Shown: in pieces, positions 47,011 to 56,958 of the stretch
Numbering within the stretch: position 1 is the first letter of the stretch
How the letters are laid out: every line of letters starts with the position of its first letter
Source of the DNA: a virus
IMG/VR virus record: IMGVR_UViG_2902229301_000001
Location: 683-64,682 of that record
Direction: 5' to 3' (one strand)
Length of the DNA stretch: 64,000 nucleotides
Translations under genes and position numbers: made by a program
The notes under the pieces: model-generated
Seen by the model: only the letters and a program-made list of their open reading frames with translations
Databases searched by the model: none
Told to the model about the DNA's origin: nothing

Positions 47011-47458
47011 TCCACGTACTCACTAACTCGCCGCTGATGTACAGCGATACCGGGCGCTCGACGGGAACAGGTAGCGGCGGCTCTGGCGCATGGGTGACGT
47101 GTAATGCTTTGTCTACCTCTTTGACGATCACGCGCTCGGTGAGTTTCAGGCTGATGCTGATATCACAGCTACCGTTATCGTTAATGTCAGCGATGTAGGT
47201 AAAACCTTTGCTGTCATGGGTGATATCCGGCTGGTTTTCACGTAACCACGCCTGAATCGGCACCAGTAGCCAGTCGATATCGTCAGTAAAATCCGTGATG
47301 ACCAGATTCAGCGTGTACTGGTTCTCAAACGACAGCGACGCGGCCAGCGTGGACACCACAGCGCCGCTGTCGATAAAGACACGCAACATATCCGGGTTAT
47401 TTTTCAGTACCGGCACCGCGTCACTTAATGCGCTGCGTAGGCTGTTGGGTTTCAGCAT
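47003..47458 (-). CDS. R: Tail completion protein R
   Basis: MLKPNSLR...LRENQPDI. Confidence 0.92.
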   Translation of the reverse strand: MLKPNSLRSALSDAVPVLKNNPDMLRVFIDSGAVVSTLAASLSFENQYTLNLVITDFTDDIDWLLVPIQAWLRENQPDITHDSKGFTYIADINDNGSCDISISLKLTERVIVKEVDKALHVTHAPEPPLPVPVERPVSLYISGELVSTWNE

Positions 47459-47711
47459 CGTGTTGTTCCTGACAGTGTTTGATGGTTTCGACCTGTAGCG
47501 CACAGCTCACCAGGGCGCTTTCCAGTTGTCGGTTATCGGCGCTTAAATCACCGTTCGTTTCTGGGCGGCTGCCCGGTATCGGGCAGCTCGTTACTTTCGG
47601 ACAGCCAACGTAAATAAGCGTCGGGGTTGTCAAAGGCGGGGCGGTGGTGCAGCCGCTTAATATCGTCAGGCAAAGCAGTGCCATACCAGCGGCGCAGATC
47701 GGCATTTTCAT
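47421..47711 (-). CDS. lysC: o-spanin LysC-like lipoprotein
   Basis: Lipobox LSGC; CPKVTSCP...TNGDLSAD. Confidence 0.85.
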   Translation of the reverse strand: MKMPICAAGMALLCLTILSGCTTAPPLTTPTLIYVGCPKVTSCPIPGSRPETNGDLSADNRQLESALVSCALQVETIKHCQEQHDAETQQPTQRIK

Positions 47712-47991
47712 TAAGCAACCTCATGATTTTTTTATCGCGGGACGCGGCCAGTTGCCCGGCCTGTGACAATCTCGTGCGGAGTTCCGCCTGTGCCTGTTCG
47801 TTGCGTATCGCACTGGACTGCAACTCGTCGATCACTCCATCCCTGACCAGCAGTTCAAGCGACTGTTTAACCAGCGTTGCGCTCTGTTCGCTAATCAGTG
47901 TTTCCGCGTCAGACAGTTGCCGCTTAGTCACGTACAGCAGCACGATGAACAACGCGGCAACAACAAGGATTACGCGGGTAAACGTGCTCAT
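47548..47991 (-). CDS. lysB: i-spanin LysB-like
   Basis: N-terminal TM, RLLNEN..LRRWY..ALPDDI. Confidence 0.85.
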   Translation of the reverse strand: MSTFTRVILVVAALFIVLLYVTKRQLSDAETLISEQSATLVKQSLELLVRDGVIDELQSSAIRNEQAQAELRTRLSQAGQLAASRDKKIMRLLNENADLRRWYGTALPDDIKRLHHRPAFDNPDAYLRWLSESNELPDTGQPPRNER

Positions 47992-48497
47992 GCTGCCCCC
48001 TTAAGGCAGACGGCGCGCTCACGCTGGCGACGGGTTTCAATACCGCGTGATACCTCACCGTTGACATACACCCAGCGTAATAGTTGGTCACAGGCGTTGC
48101 GCCACTGGCCTTTGTTGATGAAAAACGCCAGCGTAGAGCGGCACGCCGCACCGACGCCGACATTAAACGCAAAGCTCACGATGGCGTCATAGACGGCCTG
48201 CGGCATGTCAACGGCCATACAGCGTGCCAGCGCCTTTTCGACCCGCAACACATCGGCAACCAGATTGACCGCCGCTTCACGTTCGGTGATGGTCTTCCCC
48301 GGCAACACGCCTGCGGTGTGTCCGATCCCATTCGTCCACACGTTCGCGCTGCATTGGTACGGGCTTAAGCGACAGCCCTCAAGGCCAGCAATCAGCGCCA
48401 GCCCCTCTTGTGACGTTTTCAGCAAGGAAAAATCTGGCACTAACGCGGCCAGCGCTAACACCGTGGCGATGACGCAGCGTTTAACGAGTGATTTCAT
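47988..48497 (-). CDS. Endolysin, GH24 lysozyme
   Basis: LEGCRLSPYQCSANVWTNGIGHT. Confidence 0.92.
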   Translation of the reverse strand: MKSLVKRCVIATVLALAALVPDFSLLKTSQEGLALIAGLEGCRLSPYQCSANVWTNGIGHTAGVLPGKTITEREAAVNLVADVLRVEKALARCMAVDMPQAVYDAIVSFAFNVGVGAACRSTLAFFINKGQWRNACDQLLRWVYVNGEVSRGIETRRQRERAVCLKGAA

Positions 48498-48693
48498 TGA
48501 TAACCTCGCGGGGGCTGTCGATAGTCTTCAATAGCTGGTAACTCTTTCGGCGGTAGTACCAGTTAACGCCAACAGTGAACACCACCCCTAGCGCCCCAAA
48601 ATAGGCCGCGAAATCCTGCGGCGTCATCGCCCCAAAAAAAGCCAGCGCGACGCTTATCCAGTACGCGATAAACGACGTGATTCTTTCCATATT
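48481..48693 (-). CDS. Holin (HP1 family)
   Basis: MERITSFIAY...T+GVNWYYRRK. Confidence 0.85.
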   Translation of the reverse strand, partial: NMERITSFIAYWISVALAFFGAMTPQDFAAYFGALGVVFTVGVNWYYRRKSYQLLKTIDSPREVINEITR

Positions 48694-48896
48694 CAATCCC
48701 ATAAGCTCACCGTTTCTGCGACAGGGGCGGCGGCAATATCCGGCAGGGTGACGGCGGTGCCGTGGGGTAAAATCGCCCCGAATTCAGCCAGCCCCGGATT
48801 AGCGGCTAATACCGACTCGACAGCACCCTGCGTGCGCCCGTAGTGGCGATAACACAGGGCGTCCAGCGTGTCGCCCTGTTGTGCGATAACGTTCAT
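48693..48896 (-). CDS. X: Tail protein X
   Basis: AQQGDTLDALC.RHYGRTQG. Confidence 0.95.
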   Translation of the reverse strand: MNVIAQQGDTLDALCYRHYGRTQGAVESVLAANPGLAEFGAILPHGTAVTLPDIAAAPVAETVSLWD

Positions 48897-49399
48897 CAGA
48901 TATGCCCGATGATGCAGCGGGGCTTATCCTGCAAGTGGCTGATTGACCAGCGCGCATCGCGCCACAGCTCATCAATCGTGCCGTCGAGCGCATCGGCCTT
49001 GCGGTCTCCTTTGGCGCTGGCGTCATAGCTCCGGTAACGTTCGTACAGCGTCGCCGTGGTAATGGAACTGACCGCACGCAGGTAGTGATGATGCTTTTCG
49101 CTCTGGCCATCGAGCTGCTCGGCGGGAACGCTTGCCAGTGTGGTAAACCCTGCCGCCCATTGTTCTTTTCGGTACTCGTACAGCTCAGCATTCACTTCTG
49201 AAATCGCGGTTAATGCGGCATGACGCAGGCGCTCCGGCGTGACGGTGTTTTCAAGACGCATCAGCGTGCGCAGGGTTCCCGGCTCCACATCCGGCCAGAA
49301 GAATGTGTTTTTGATTACGGCATCCTGTTGCGCAGGCACAGGAATAACCACCGCATCCGGGTGTGGCTCCGCTTTCGCGGGGAAAATCATTGTCGTCAT
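48896..49399 (-). CDS. L: Head completion protein L
   Basis: IKNTFFWPDV, TPERLR, WRDARWSIS. Confidence 0.93.
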   Translation of the reverse strand: MTTMIFPAKAEPHPDAVVIPVPAQQDAVIKNTFFWPDVEPGTLRTLMRLENTVTPERLRHAALTAISEVNAELYEYRKEQWAAGFTTLASVPAEQLDGQSEKHHHYLRAVSSITTATLYERYRSYDASAKGDRKADALDGTIDELWRDARWSISHLQDKPRCIIGHI

Positions 49400-49490
49400 G
49401 ACAACCTCTGAATAGGTGGGCGGTGGACACAGGCACAGAAAACAGTGAACTGTTCCGGCCTGTGTGCCGCCCGGCGCGGGGCGCGTTGGG

Positions 49491-50150
49491 TTAACGGTTG
49501 GCCGCTGCTTTGCGCAGCGCGGTTTCCAGCCGCTCTATGTCTTTTTTTACACCGCTTCGGCTATCAAGCTGAAAGGCGCGTTTCAGGTGAAACAGGGCTT
49601 GCTCCGGCTTGCCGCTACGCAGTATCAGGCCAATGATTTTGTGCAGCTTGGCGCGCACCTGATCGGGCATGTCTTCGGCGTCGGTCAGCGTCAGCGTGTC
49701 GATCAGCAGGTCAATGTTGACCGTCTGCCCGGCGGTATGGGCGCGGGTTGCGGCGTCGGCTACATCTTCGGCCAACAGGTACGGCGTCGGGCGGGTGTAT
49801 CCCTCCGGCATCACCAGTTTGTGCTGAATGGCATAACGGGCAATCTCCAGCGCACCGGGGATGTCTCCGGCGTCGAGCTTCCAGACCATGACCGTCATCA
49901 ATACCGCATCCTGTGCGCCGCGACCGCTGGCGAGGACACCCGCCACCCACGGTGCATAGCCCGGCAGCAAGACATTTTTCATCTCGGCTTTACGCTCGAT
50001 TGAGCGCACCTGTTTTAACGTGCGTTTGTCAGCCGCAAGCCGGAACAGCATTTGCTCGTATCCGGTGGCCTGTCGCAGCGGATCATTCTCCCGCTGCGAC
50101 GCCTCAGCAGCCGACACCCGCATCATGTGACGCTGGGCGGGGCTTAGCAT
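49491..50150 (-). CDS. M: Terminase endonuclease subunit M
   Basis: MLSPAQRHMMRV, MPDQVRAKLHK. Confidence 0.95.
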   Translation of the reverse strand: MLSPAQRHMMRVSAAEASQRENDPLRQATGYEQMLFRLAADKRTLKQVRSIERKAEMKNVLLPGYAPWVAGVLASGRGAQDAVLMTVMVWKLDAGDIPGALEIARYAIQHKLVMPEGYTRPTPYLLAEDVADAATRAHTAGQTVNIDLLIDTLTLTDAEDMPDQVRAKLHKIIGLILRSGKPEQALFHLKRAFQLDSRSGVKKDIERLETALRKAAANR

Positions 50151-50153
50151 GGT

Positions 50154-51281
50154 TTAGGCTCCGGCGTTATCGGTTGAGGTTTCAGTCGGGTTTTCAGTAC
50201 CTGACGGGGCTGGCTCAGCGGCTTTTTCCGCTTCCGGCGGTTTCGGGAACTTACCGAGCTGGATGTTTTCGATCACGCAACCACAGCCATAATCTTCCAC
50301 GACGTAATCCTGTTTAATGGATTCGTAGTTTTCGATACGGTCACGTTTAGCGACTTCCTCAATGTGTCGGCGGTGGCTATCGTCCATGTAGTAAATGGAC
50401 AGGTTATCCAGACGGTTCACCATCAGGGCATTGGCCGGGAAATACGGCACACGCACCGCAGGCAGATTGCCGATGCGCTTCTGGCTGACAATCACATCAG
50501 CGGCCAGTATTTCGCTGTTTTCCTGCTGTTTGTTGACCAGTGGGAAATATTTATCGGACAGCAACTGACGGCCACAAATCACCACCAAGTCGGGGTCTTC
50601 CTGATGCCATTCGTCGATCATGGTGTTGGTCGCATCCATCACCAGCGCGTCGAGGCTTTCATAATCGCCGTTCTCACCGACACGGATTTGCTCGGAAATC
50701 ACGGTGCCATCCTCCGCGACAACACGCCCCATCACGCGCTTGGCTGATTCGTTACGGTATTTTTGCAGCCAGCCCACCGCCACATCCTGCAACAGCGGGT
50801 TTTTAGCACGGTCAGAGGTCGCCGCACGTTTCACGCCATGCCATCCGGCCATGATGTAATCCAGCGACTGACGTTTGGCGATGGCGTTGCGTAAACGCAA
50901 CTGGAAATCCTGAAAACGCGCCCACAGGTCGAGGGTGTTGTAACGGATATGGAAATCAAAGTTCATCTGTTCGCACTTGTACTGACGCGCTTCCAGACTC
51001 AGTAGATCGGCAGTTTCGCGCTCGTCACCGCTTGAGGTGTCCGTGGTGCTGGCAACCGACCCGGATACGCCGAGGCCGATTTTTTCCCCGGTCAGCTCGG
51101 CAACCGGCACGATGTTAATACGGGTCAGGAAGTCGCTGGATTCCTGCACAACTTCCATCAGCGCCTGCGTGACGGACGGCTCAACGCTGAATTTCTTACT
51201 CAGGGTTTCCACGTCAACGCCATTCAGTGCGGCAAGCTGGGTCATGTAGGCATTAAATTTAAAACGGGTTTCTTTACGCAT
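50154..51281 (-). CDS. N: Major capsid protein N
   Basis: MRKETRFKFNAY...NPLLQDVAVGWLQK. Confidence 0.96.
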   Translation of the reverse strand: MRKETRFKFNAYMTQLAALNGVDVETLSKKFSVEPSVTQALMEVVQESSDFLTRINIVPVAELTGEKIGLGVSGSVASTTDTSSGDERETADLLSLEARQYKCEQMNFDFHIRYNTLDLWARFQDFQLRLRNAIAKRQSLDYIMAGWHGVKRAATSDRAKNPLLQDVAVGWLQKYRNESAKRVMGRVVAEDGTVISEQIRVGENGDYESLDALVMDATNTMIDEWHQEDPDLVVICGRQLLSDKYFPLVNKQQENSEILAADVIVSQKRIGNLPAVRVPYFPANALMVNRLDNLSIYYMDDSHRRHIEEVAKRDRIENYESIKQDYVVEDYGCGCVIENIQLGKFPKPPEAEKAAEPAPSGTENPTETSTDNAGA

Positions 51282-51330
51282 TGTTTTTCCTGTTCTTTCT
51301 GAAAAAGGGGTTAGCGGGGCAGCGCCCCGA

Positions 51331-52185
51331 TTAGCAGTTTGTTAGCAGCGAGGCTTCGCCGTCGCCACCTGTTGCCGAGGGGCGTCGCTTCTGCGACAGG
51401 CTTTCGGTGCCGTCCAGCGTTGCTTTGAGGTCGATGATTTCTTGTTTCGCCTGCTCGGTCTGGCGGGATGCGTCCTGCTTATAAACCGCAAGGTCAACTT
51501 CAATCTTTGAAATGCGCTGATAGACATCATCAAAGCCGCTCTGTACATGTTCACCAACCGCAGTAACCGCCTCATGCACATCATTAAATCGGGCGTCATC
51601 GCTGGACTGTTTGCGGCCAAACAGGGCTTTCACGCGGGTTAACAGCGTCGGCTCAACGTCTGGCAGGTCTTCAAACTCAAGAGTCACTTCGGTGGCGACA
51701 GAAAAGAGGTTTTCTGGGGAGGATTTACGGGTTGCCAGCGGGCTATGTTTGGCTTTGGCGCTGAATTCCAGCATTTCCGTGCCGAGGCTGGCCGGATCGT
51801 CAGTAACCGCCAGACCGACTAGATAGGCTTTGCCTGTGTTGGCAAAATTGGGCTGGATCTCCATTGAGGTATAGACCTTTTGTGAGGCCTTATTCAGGGC
51901 GATCAGCTCGTCAGTGGGGGTGATTTTGGCAAACAGCGCCAGCTTGCCTTTTATGGCTGAATCATCATCAATCGCCTCGGCTTTCAGCTCGACCACATCG
52001 CCGTAGCGGCGGAAGGGGCTGTCAGGCAGCAAGCCTTTCAGGTGCTCAAGGTTGATGCGGCAACCATAGACGCGCGGATCGAACGTCTCCGCCATGTTTT
52101 GAATATCGGTCGCGTCAATCACGCGACCGTCGCAGGTGTCACCCTCGACACCAACGCGGAACCATTTAGAAACTTTCTTTGCCAT
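51331..52185 (-). CDS. O: Capsid scaffold/protease O
   Basis: Start refined to MAKKVSKWFRVGVEGDTCDGR. Confidence 0.95.
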   Translation of the reverse strand: MAKKVSKWFRVGVEGDTCDGRVIDATDIQNMAETFDPRVYGCRINLEHLKGLLPDSPFRRYGDVVELKAEAIDDDSAIKGKLALFAKITPTDELIALNKASQKVYTSMEIQPNFANTGKAYLVGLAVTDDPASLGTEMLEFSAKAKHSPLATRKSSPENLFSVATEVTLEFEDLPDVEPTLLTRVKALFGRKQSSDDARFNDVHEAVTAVGEHVQSGFDDVYQRISKIEVDLAVYKQDASRQTEQAKQEIIDLKATLDGTESLSQKRRPSATGGDGEASLLTNC

Positions 52186-52324
52186 TTTCTCATCCGTTGT
52201 TTGCGGGAAGTCGGGGCGAGTATCCGGCGTGACATCCTGCCGCGCCATCAATCACGGTTCGCTAACCGCTGGCACAACAGGCACTTAAGGCGGGAATGGT
52301 CGGCGCTGACGTAGCCTTGCCGTC

Positions 52325-54094
52325 ATGAATACAGCCATCGATACCACCATCATCAGCGACCCACGACGACAAGCAGCCTTGCTCTATTGGCAGGGCTTTT
52401 CGGTGCGTCAGATTGGGGAAATGCTGAACCAGAAAACGCCGACCGTTCAGAGCTGGAAGCAGCGCGACGGCTGGGACGCTATCGCCCCGGTATCGCGTGT
52501 TGAAGCCAGTCTGGAAGCGCGGTTGATCCAGCTCATCATGAAGACGAAAAAGGAGGGGCATGACTACAAAGAGATTGACCTGTTAGGCCGTCAGATTGAG
52601 CGGCTGGCGCGGGTGAACCGCTACAGCCAGACGGGCAACGAGGCCGATCTCAATCCCAACGTGCGCAACAGGAATAAAGGCGAACGCAAGGCACCAGAAA
52701 AGAACGCGTTCAGCGATGCGGCTATCGAGAAGCTGAACGGCATTTTCCTGAGTGAGATTTTCGAGTACCAACGCGGCTGGCATCAGGCCGGGCTACAACA
52801 CCGTATCCGCAATATCCTGAAATCGCGCCAGATTGGGGCGACGTTCTATTTTGCGCGGGAGGCGCTGATTGATGCGCTGACCACCGGGCGCAATCAGATT
52901 TTCCTCAGTGCCAGTAAGGCGCAGGCACACGTCTTTAAAAATTACATCATCGACTTTGCCCGGCTGGTTGACGTTGACCTGAAAGGCGATCCGATGGTGC
53001 TGCCCAACGGGGCGCGCCTGTTCTTCCTCGGCACCAACATCCGCACCGCGCAGAGCTACACCGGAAACCTGTATCTGGATGAATATTTCTGGATCCCCAA
53101 GTTTCAGGAACTGCGCAAGGTCGCCAGCGGCATGTCACTGCACAAGAAATGGCGCAGCACGTATTTCTCCACACCGTCGAGTCTGGCGCACAGTGCTTAC
53201 CCGTTCTGGTCGGGTGAGCTGTTCAACAAGGGACGCAGCAACAAGGCCGATCACCTCCATCTGGATTTAAGCCACGCGAATTTGTCCGGCGGCGTGCTGT
53301 GCGGTGACGGCCAGTGGCGGCAGATTGTGACGGTGGAAGATGCGCTGGCCGGGGGCTGCAACCTGTTCGACCTTGACCAGCTCACGCTGGAATACAGCCC
53401 GGCAGAGTATCAAAACCTGCTGATGTGTGAGTTTGTCGACGATAAGGCGTCAGTGTTCCCGTTTGAGGAATTGCAGCGCTGTATGGTCGATGCACTGGAA
53501 GAATGGGAAGACTTTAACCCCTACGCGCTGCGCCCGTTTGCCTATAAACCTGTCTGGATTGGTTACGACCCGTCACACACAGGCGACAGCGCGGGCTGTG
53601 TGGTACTGGCACCGCCACAGGCTCCGGGCGGCAAGTTTCGTATCCTTGAGCGCTTCCAGTGGAAAGGCATGGACTTTGCCGCACAGGCCGACGCTATCAA
53701 GCTGCTGACGGAAAAATATATCGTTGAATACATCGGCATTGATGCAACCGGCATCGGTCAGGGTGTTTACCAGCTTGTGCGCGGCTTCTTCCCAGCCGCA
53801 CGCGAAATCAAATACTCACCGGAAATTAAAACCGCGATGGTGCTCAAGGCGAAAGACACCATCACCAGCGGGCGGCTGGAGTACGACACCAGCCACACCG
53901 ACATCACTCAATCGTTCATGGCCATACGCAAAACCATGACGGCCAGCGGTAACCGCACCACCTATGAAGCCAGCCGCAGCGAGGAAATCAGCCACGCCGA
54001 TGTGGCATGGGCAACCATGCACGCGCTGTTAAACGAACCCCTGACCGCGATTAACGGTCATGTCCCTGTCAGCATTTTGGATTTTAACGAATGA
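52325..54094 (+). CDS. P: Terminase ATPase subunit P
   Basis: DPRRQAALLYWQG, KSRQIGATFYFAREAL. Confidence 0.97.
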   Translation: MNTAIDTTIISDPRRQAALLYWQGFSVRQIGEMLNQKTPTVQSWKQRDGWDAIAPVSRVEASLEARLIQLIMKTKKEGHDYKEIDLLGRQIERLARVNRYSQTGNEADLNPNVRNRNKGERKAPEKNAFSDAAIEKLNGIFLSEIFEYQRGWHQAGLQHRIRNILKSRQIGATFYFAREALIDALTTGRNQIFLSASKAQAHVFKNYIIDFARLVDVDLKGDPMVLPNGARLFFLGTNIRTAQSYTGNLYLDEYFWIPKFQELRKVASGMSLHKKWRSTYFSTPSSLAHSAYPFWSGELFNKGRSNKADHLHLDLSHANLSGGVLCGDGQWRQIVTVEDALAGGCNLFDLDQLTLEYSPAEYQNLLMCEFVDDKASVFPFEELQRCMVDALEEWEDFNPYALRPFAYKPVWIGYDPSHTGDSAGCVVLAPPQAPGGKFRILERFQWKGMDFAAQADAIKLLTEKYIVEYIGIDATGIGQGVYQLVRGFFPAAREIKYSPEIKTAMVLKAKDTITSGRLEYDTSHTDITQSFMAIRKTMTASGNRTTYEASRSEEISHADVAWATMHALLNEPLTAINGHVPVSILDFNE

Positions 54095-55110
54095 AAAAGC
54101 GTAAATATCGCCAGCCAACATCAGCACCCGTTAGCCAGGCACAATCGATAGAGGCATTCACCTTTGGGGAACCCTCAGCCGTGCTGGATCGCCGCGACAT
54201 TCTGGACTATGCCGAGTGTATCCATAATGGCCGATGGATTGAGCCGCCGATCAACTTCAGCGGACTGGCTAAAAGCCTGCGTGCGGCGGTACACCACAGC
54301 TCACCGATTTACGTGAAACGTAACATTCTGGCGAGTACGTTTATCCCGCACCCGCTATTGAGTCAGCAGGATTTTAGCCGCTTTGCGCTGGATTATCTGG
54401 TGTTTGGTAATGCGTTTCTGGAAAAGCGCCTTAATCGCACAGGCGGCATCCTGCGCCTAGACTCCAGCCCGGCAAAATACACCCGGCGCGGGGTAGAGGA
54501 CGATGTTTACTGGTTCGTGCAGTCATTCAAAGAGCCGCACCGCTTCGAACCGGGTAGCGTGTTTCATCTGCTTGAGCCGGATATCAATCAGGAAATGTAC
54601 GGCCTGCCGGAATATATCAGCTCGTTAAACTCGGCATGGCTGAATGAGTCGGCGACGCTGTTCCGGCGCAAGTATTACCAGAATGGCGCGCACGCGGGTT
54701 ACATCATGTATGTGACCGACGCGGCACAAAGTGGCACCGACGTAGACAAGCTGCGCGCAGCGATGAGTAATACAAAGGGGCTGGGGAATTTTAAGAACCT
54801 GTTTTTCTATGCCCCTAATGGTAAGCCCGACGGCATCAAGATTGTGCCGCTCAGCGAGGTGGCAACCAAAGACGATTTCTTTAACATCAAGAACGCCAGC
54901 CGTGACGATCTGCTCAGCGCCCACCGCGTTCCGCCGCAGATGATGGGGATAATCCCGAATAATTCGGGCGGTTTCGGGGATGTGGTAAATGCCAGTCAGG
55001 TGTTTGTTCGTAATGAATTGATGCCGCTACAGGAACGCATGAAGGAAATTAATGATGTGGTGGGGATGGAGGTGATTGACTTTAAGCCCTATAAGCTACA
55101 AGAGGAATAA
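54091..55110 (+). CDS. Q: Portal protein Q
   Basis: FTFGEP, HHSSPIYVKRN, AHRVPPQMMG. Confidence 0.97.
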   Translation: MKKRKYRQPTSAPVSQAQSIEAFTFGEPSAVLDRRDILDYAECIHNGRWIEPPINFSGLAKSLRAAVHHSSPIYVKRNILASTFIPHPLLSQQDFSRFALDYLVFGNAFLEKRLNRTGGILRLDSSPAKYTRRGVEDDVYWFVQSFKEPHRFEPGSVFHLLEPDINQEMYGLPEYISSLNSAWLNESATLFRRKYYQNGAHAGYIMYVTDAAQSGTDVDKLRAAMSNTKGLGNFKNLFFYAPNGKPDGIKIVPLSEVATKDDFFNIKNASRDDLLSAHRVPPQMMGIIPNNSGGFGDVVNASQVFVRNELMPLQERMKEINDVVGMEVIDFKPYKLQEE

Positions 55111-55113
55111 CGA

Positions 55114-55140
55114 ACGAGGCCACCGATACAGTGGCCTCGT
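55114..55140. terminator. Hairpin between convergent Q and hicB
   Basis: ACGAGGCCAC/GTGGCCTCGT stem. Confidence 0.6.
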
Positions 55141-55142
55141 CA

Positions 55143-55484
55143 TTATGAATGCCGTTCAATGACGAGATCGACACCTTCATTTAACAGTTCGTTAATTGAC
55201 ACCCCGTTAGCCTGTGCCGTTACTGCTAACGCTGCGTGGCGTTCCGGTGTGAGGCGTGTAGTCACTTTACCGCTGTATGATTTATACGGTTCAATGCCAT
55301 CATTACGGCACTCATCAAGAAATACGGCAAGCGATGTGGCACCTTCTTTTTTTAACTCTTCCACGCTGTAAGCATAGAAATCCGCGCCGCCGTTAAGACC
55401 GACAAATTCCCCACGAAACATCTCAATTTCTGGGTCAAAAGCGATGACGGCCGTGTGGCCGTCGATTTGCAGTGTATTAATCAT
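55143..55484 (-). CDS. hicB: HicB-family antitoxin
   Basis: G.TAVI.FDPE..MFRGEFVGLNGGADFY...YSGK..RLTPE.H. Confidence 0.9.
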   Translation of the reverse strand: MINTLQIDGHTAVIAFDPEIEMFRGEFVGLNGGADFYAYSVEELKKEGATSLAVFLDECRNDGIEPYKSYSGKVTTRLTPERHAALAVTAQANGVSINELLNEGVDLVIERHS

Positions 55485-55735
55485 GGCCTTATTCCTAAAC
55501 TGTCTAACCATACCCGAATGGAGTTAACCGCTCCCTTGTCAGTGGTTGGTCTAGGGTGGGGACGATGAAAAATTCTTTTCTCACCCTTCAGCAGTACCGC
55601 AACCCTTGAACCTTCCCTTTCATGTACTTCTGCACCCAGCGCGATAAACAAAGATTCAATATCGTTCCACTTTATCGAGCCGCTAACTGGGCGGGAAAAT
55701 ATATCTGACAGTGTTTTCTGGTGTCGTTTGTTCAT
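55481..55735 (-). CDS. hicA: HicA-family toxin
   Basis: HQKTL..IF..P....IKW.DIE.LF..LG...EGSRV...HRPHP. Confidence 0.92.
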   Translation of the reverse strand: MNKRHQKTLSDIFSRPVSGSIKWNDIESLFIALGAEVHEREGSRVAVLLKGEKRIFHRPHPRPTTDKGAVNSIRVWLDSLGIRP

Positions 55736-55759
55736 AGAAGAATATACCATGGAAAGTCC

Positions 55760-55790
55760 ACTTATGGTATCACTATATGATACCATAAGT
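55760..55790. promoter_or_regulatory. hicAB operator palindrome
   Basis: Perfect 13-bp IR ACTTATGGTATCA-N5-TGATACCATAAGT just upstream of hicA. Confidence 0.7.
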
Positions 55791-55827
55791 GTTTTTAGTG
55801 TCATTATTTGGTGTCACATTATAATTA

Positions 55828-56490
55828 CTATTGTGACAGTAAACCACACTCTGATCGCTTTTCTTTCAATAACCGCATCAGCAGGTTAATGGTATCAATC
55901 GCAGAACTATACTCACGATCCAGCATGGGGAACAGCTTCTGGATATGCGGCCAAAAATCCGTTGTCAGGTAATCGACGGAGTGGAATAACGCATTGAGTT
56001 GCGTGATTTCCCGGTGGTTGAAGGTGAGTGTGGCTTCAGGAATATAGAATTCCAATTCGCAAGGGTGAACAGGCTTTTTCTGTTCGGGCTGAACGGCTTT
56101 AGCCTGTGGGTTGAAGTAGCTTTCTTCCAGCCACTCGAACACATCCCACGCCTGATCGGTTTCAAGCATCTTCGCGTGACGTGCTGCGCCGCGTTCCGTC
56201 CAGAGGATGAGGCTGCGAGCTTGCCTTGCGACAGACTGACTATCTGTCAGTCTGTTTTTAAATTCTCGTAAATCAGTACCTTCCAACTTGAAATAATGTT
56301 TACCGTTAATGAAGCGAGTAGCATTGCGTTTGAAGTTCTGCTGAATACTATTCACGTTAGCACCGTACAGATTCGCCAGCAGATCGGTAGTAATGACAGG
56401 AAAACCTTTGTGGGCGATGACAGACAGGGATTCAACGGAAACTGAACCAACGGACGTGTTATGTAAAACCATTTCGTTTACACTATTCAT
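55828..56490 (-). CDS. ORF6N-domain antirepressor-like protein
   Basis: VITT.LLA.LYG.....QNF.RN..RF..GKHYFKLEG..L, LWTERGAARHAKMLETDQAW. Confidence 0.88.
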   Translation of the reverse strand: MNSVNEMVLHNTSVGSVSVESLSVIAHKGFPVITTDLLANLYGANVNSIQQNFKRNATRFINGKHYFKLEGTDLREFKNRLTDSQSVARQARSLILWTERGAARHAKMLETDQAWDVFEWLEESYFNPQAKAVQPEQKKPVHPCELEFYIPEATLTFNHREITQLNALFHSVDYLTTDFWPHIQKLFPMLDREYSSAIDTINLLMRLLKEKRSECGLLSQ

Positions 56491-56562
56491 GTCTTTTATC
56501 CTTGCTTGGATGGGGACGAAATAGAGACCCTGACTGTTACCGCAGTTGGGGTCTCGTCATTT

Positions 56563-56620
56563 ATGGTATCCATTGGCTACCATATGTTGAAATGTTAGTA
56601 TCCATGGGCTACCATGTCAA
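56563..56620. promoter_or_regulatory. Overlapping divergent promoters with two Arc-type 21-bp operators
   Basis: Minus TTGACA-17-TAACAT; plus TTGAAA-17-TACCAT; ATGGTATCCATTGGCTACCAT (56563-83) and TTAGTATCCATGGGCTACCAT (56595-615). Confidence 0.7.
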
Positions 56621-56646
56621 CACAATATTTGAACAGAGTAATTGGC

Positions 56647-56958
56647 ATGGGTACGAAGAGAAATCCACAATTCAATGTCAGAATACCGCCAGAACTAAAA
56701 GAGAAGGTAGTAACACTGGCAGAAAGAAATAAACGGTCAGTGAATGCTGAGATTGTTGCTGCGCTTGAACTTGTGTGTAGAAAAGCGTTTGGTGAAATTA
56801 TTGAGCATGACGCTGGGGTAGAGATCGTTCTGAATGAGCATGAATCTAAGCTGCTTGAATCATCTATTGAAACATTGAAGAAAGTATCTGAAACGGAAAA
56901 AAAACTTGATGAGTTAATGGCTGAACTGAAGAAGCTAAATAGCGAAAGGGGACAGTAA
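56647..56958 (+). CDS. Arc/Mnt-family RHH repressor with C-terminal coiled coil
   Basis: PQFNVRIPPELKE.+...AERN.RSVNAEI. Confidence 0.88.
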   Translation: MGTKRNPQFNVRIPPELKEKVVTLAERNKRSVNAEIVAALELVCRKAFGEIIEHDAGVEIVLNEHESKLLESSIETLKKVSETEKKLDELMAELKKLNSERGQ

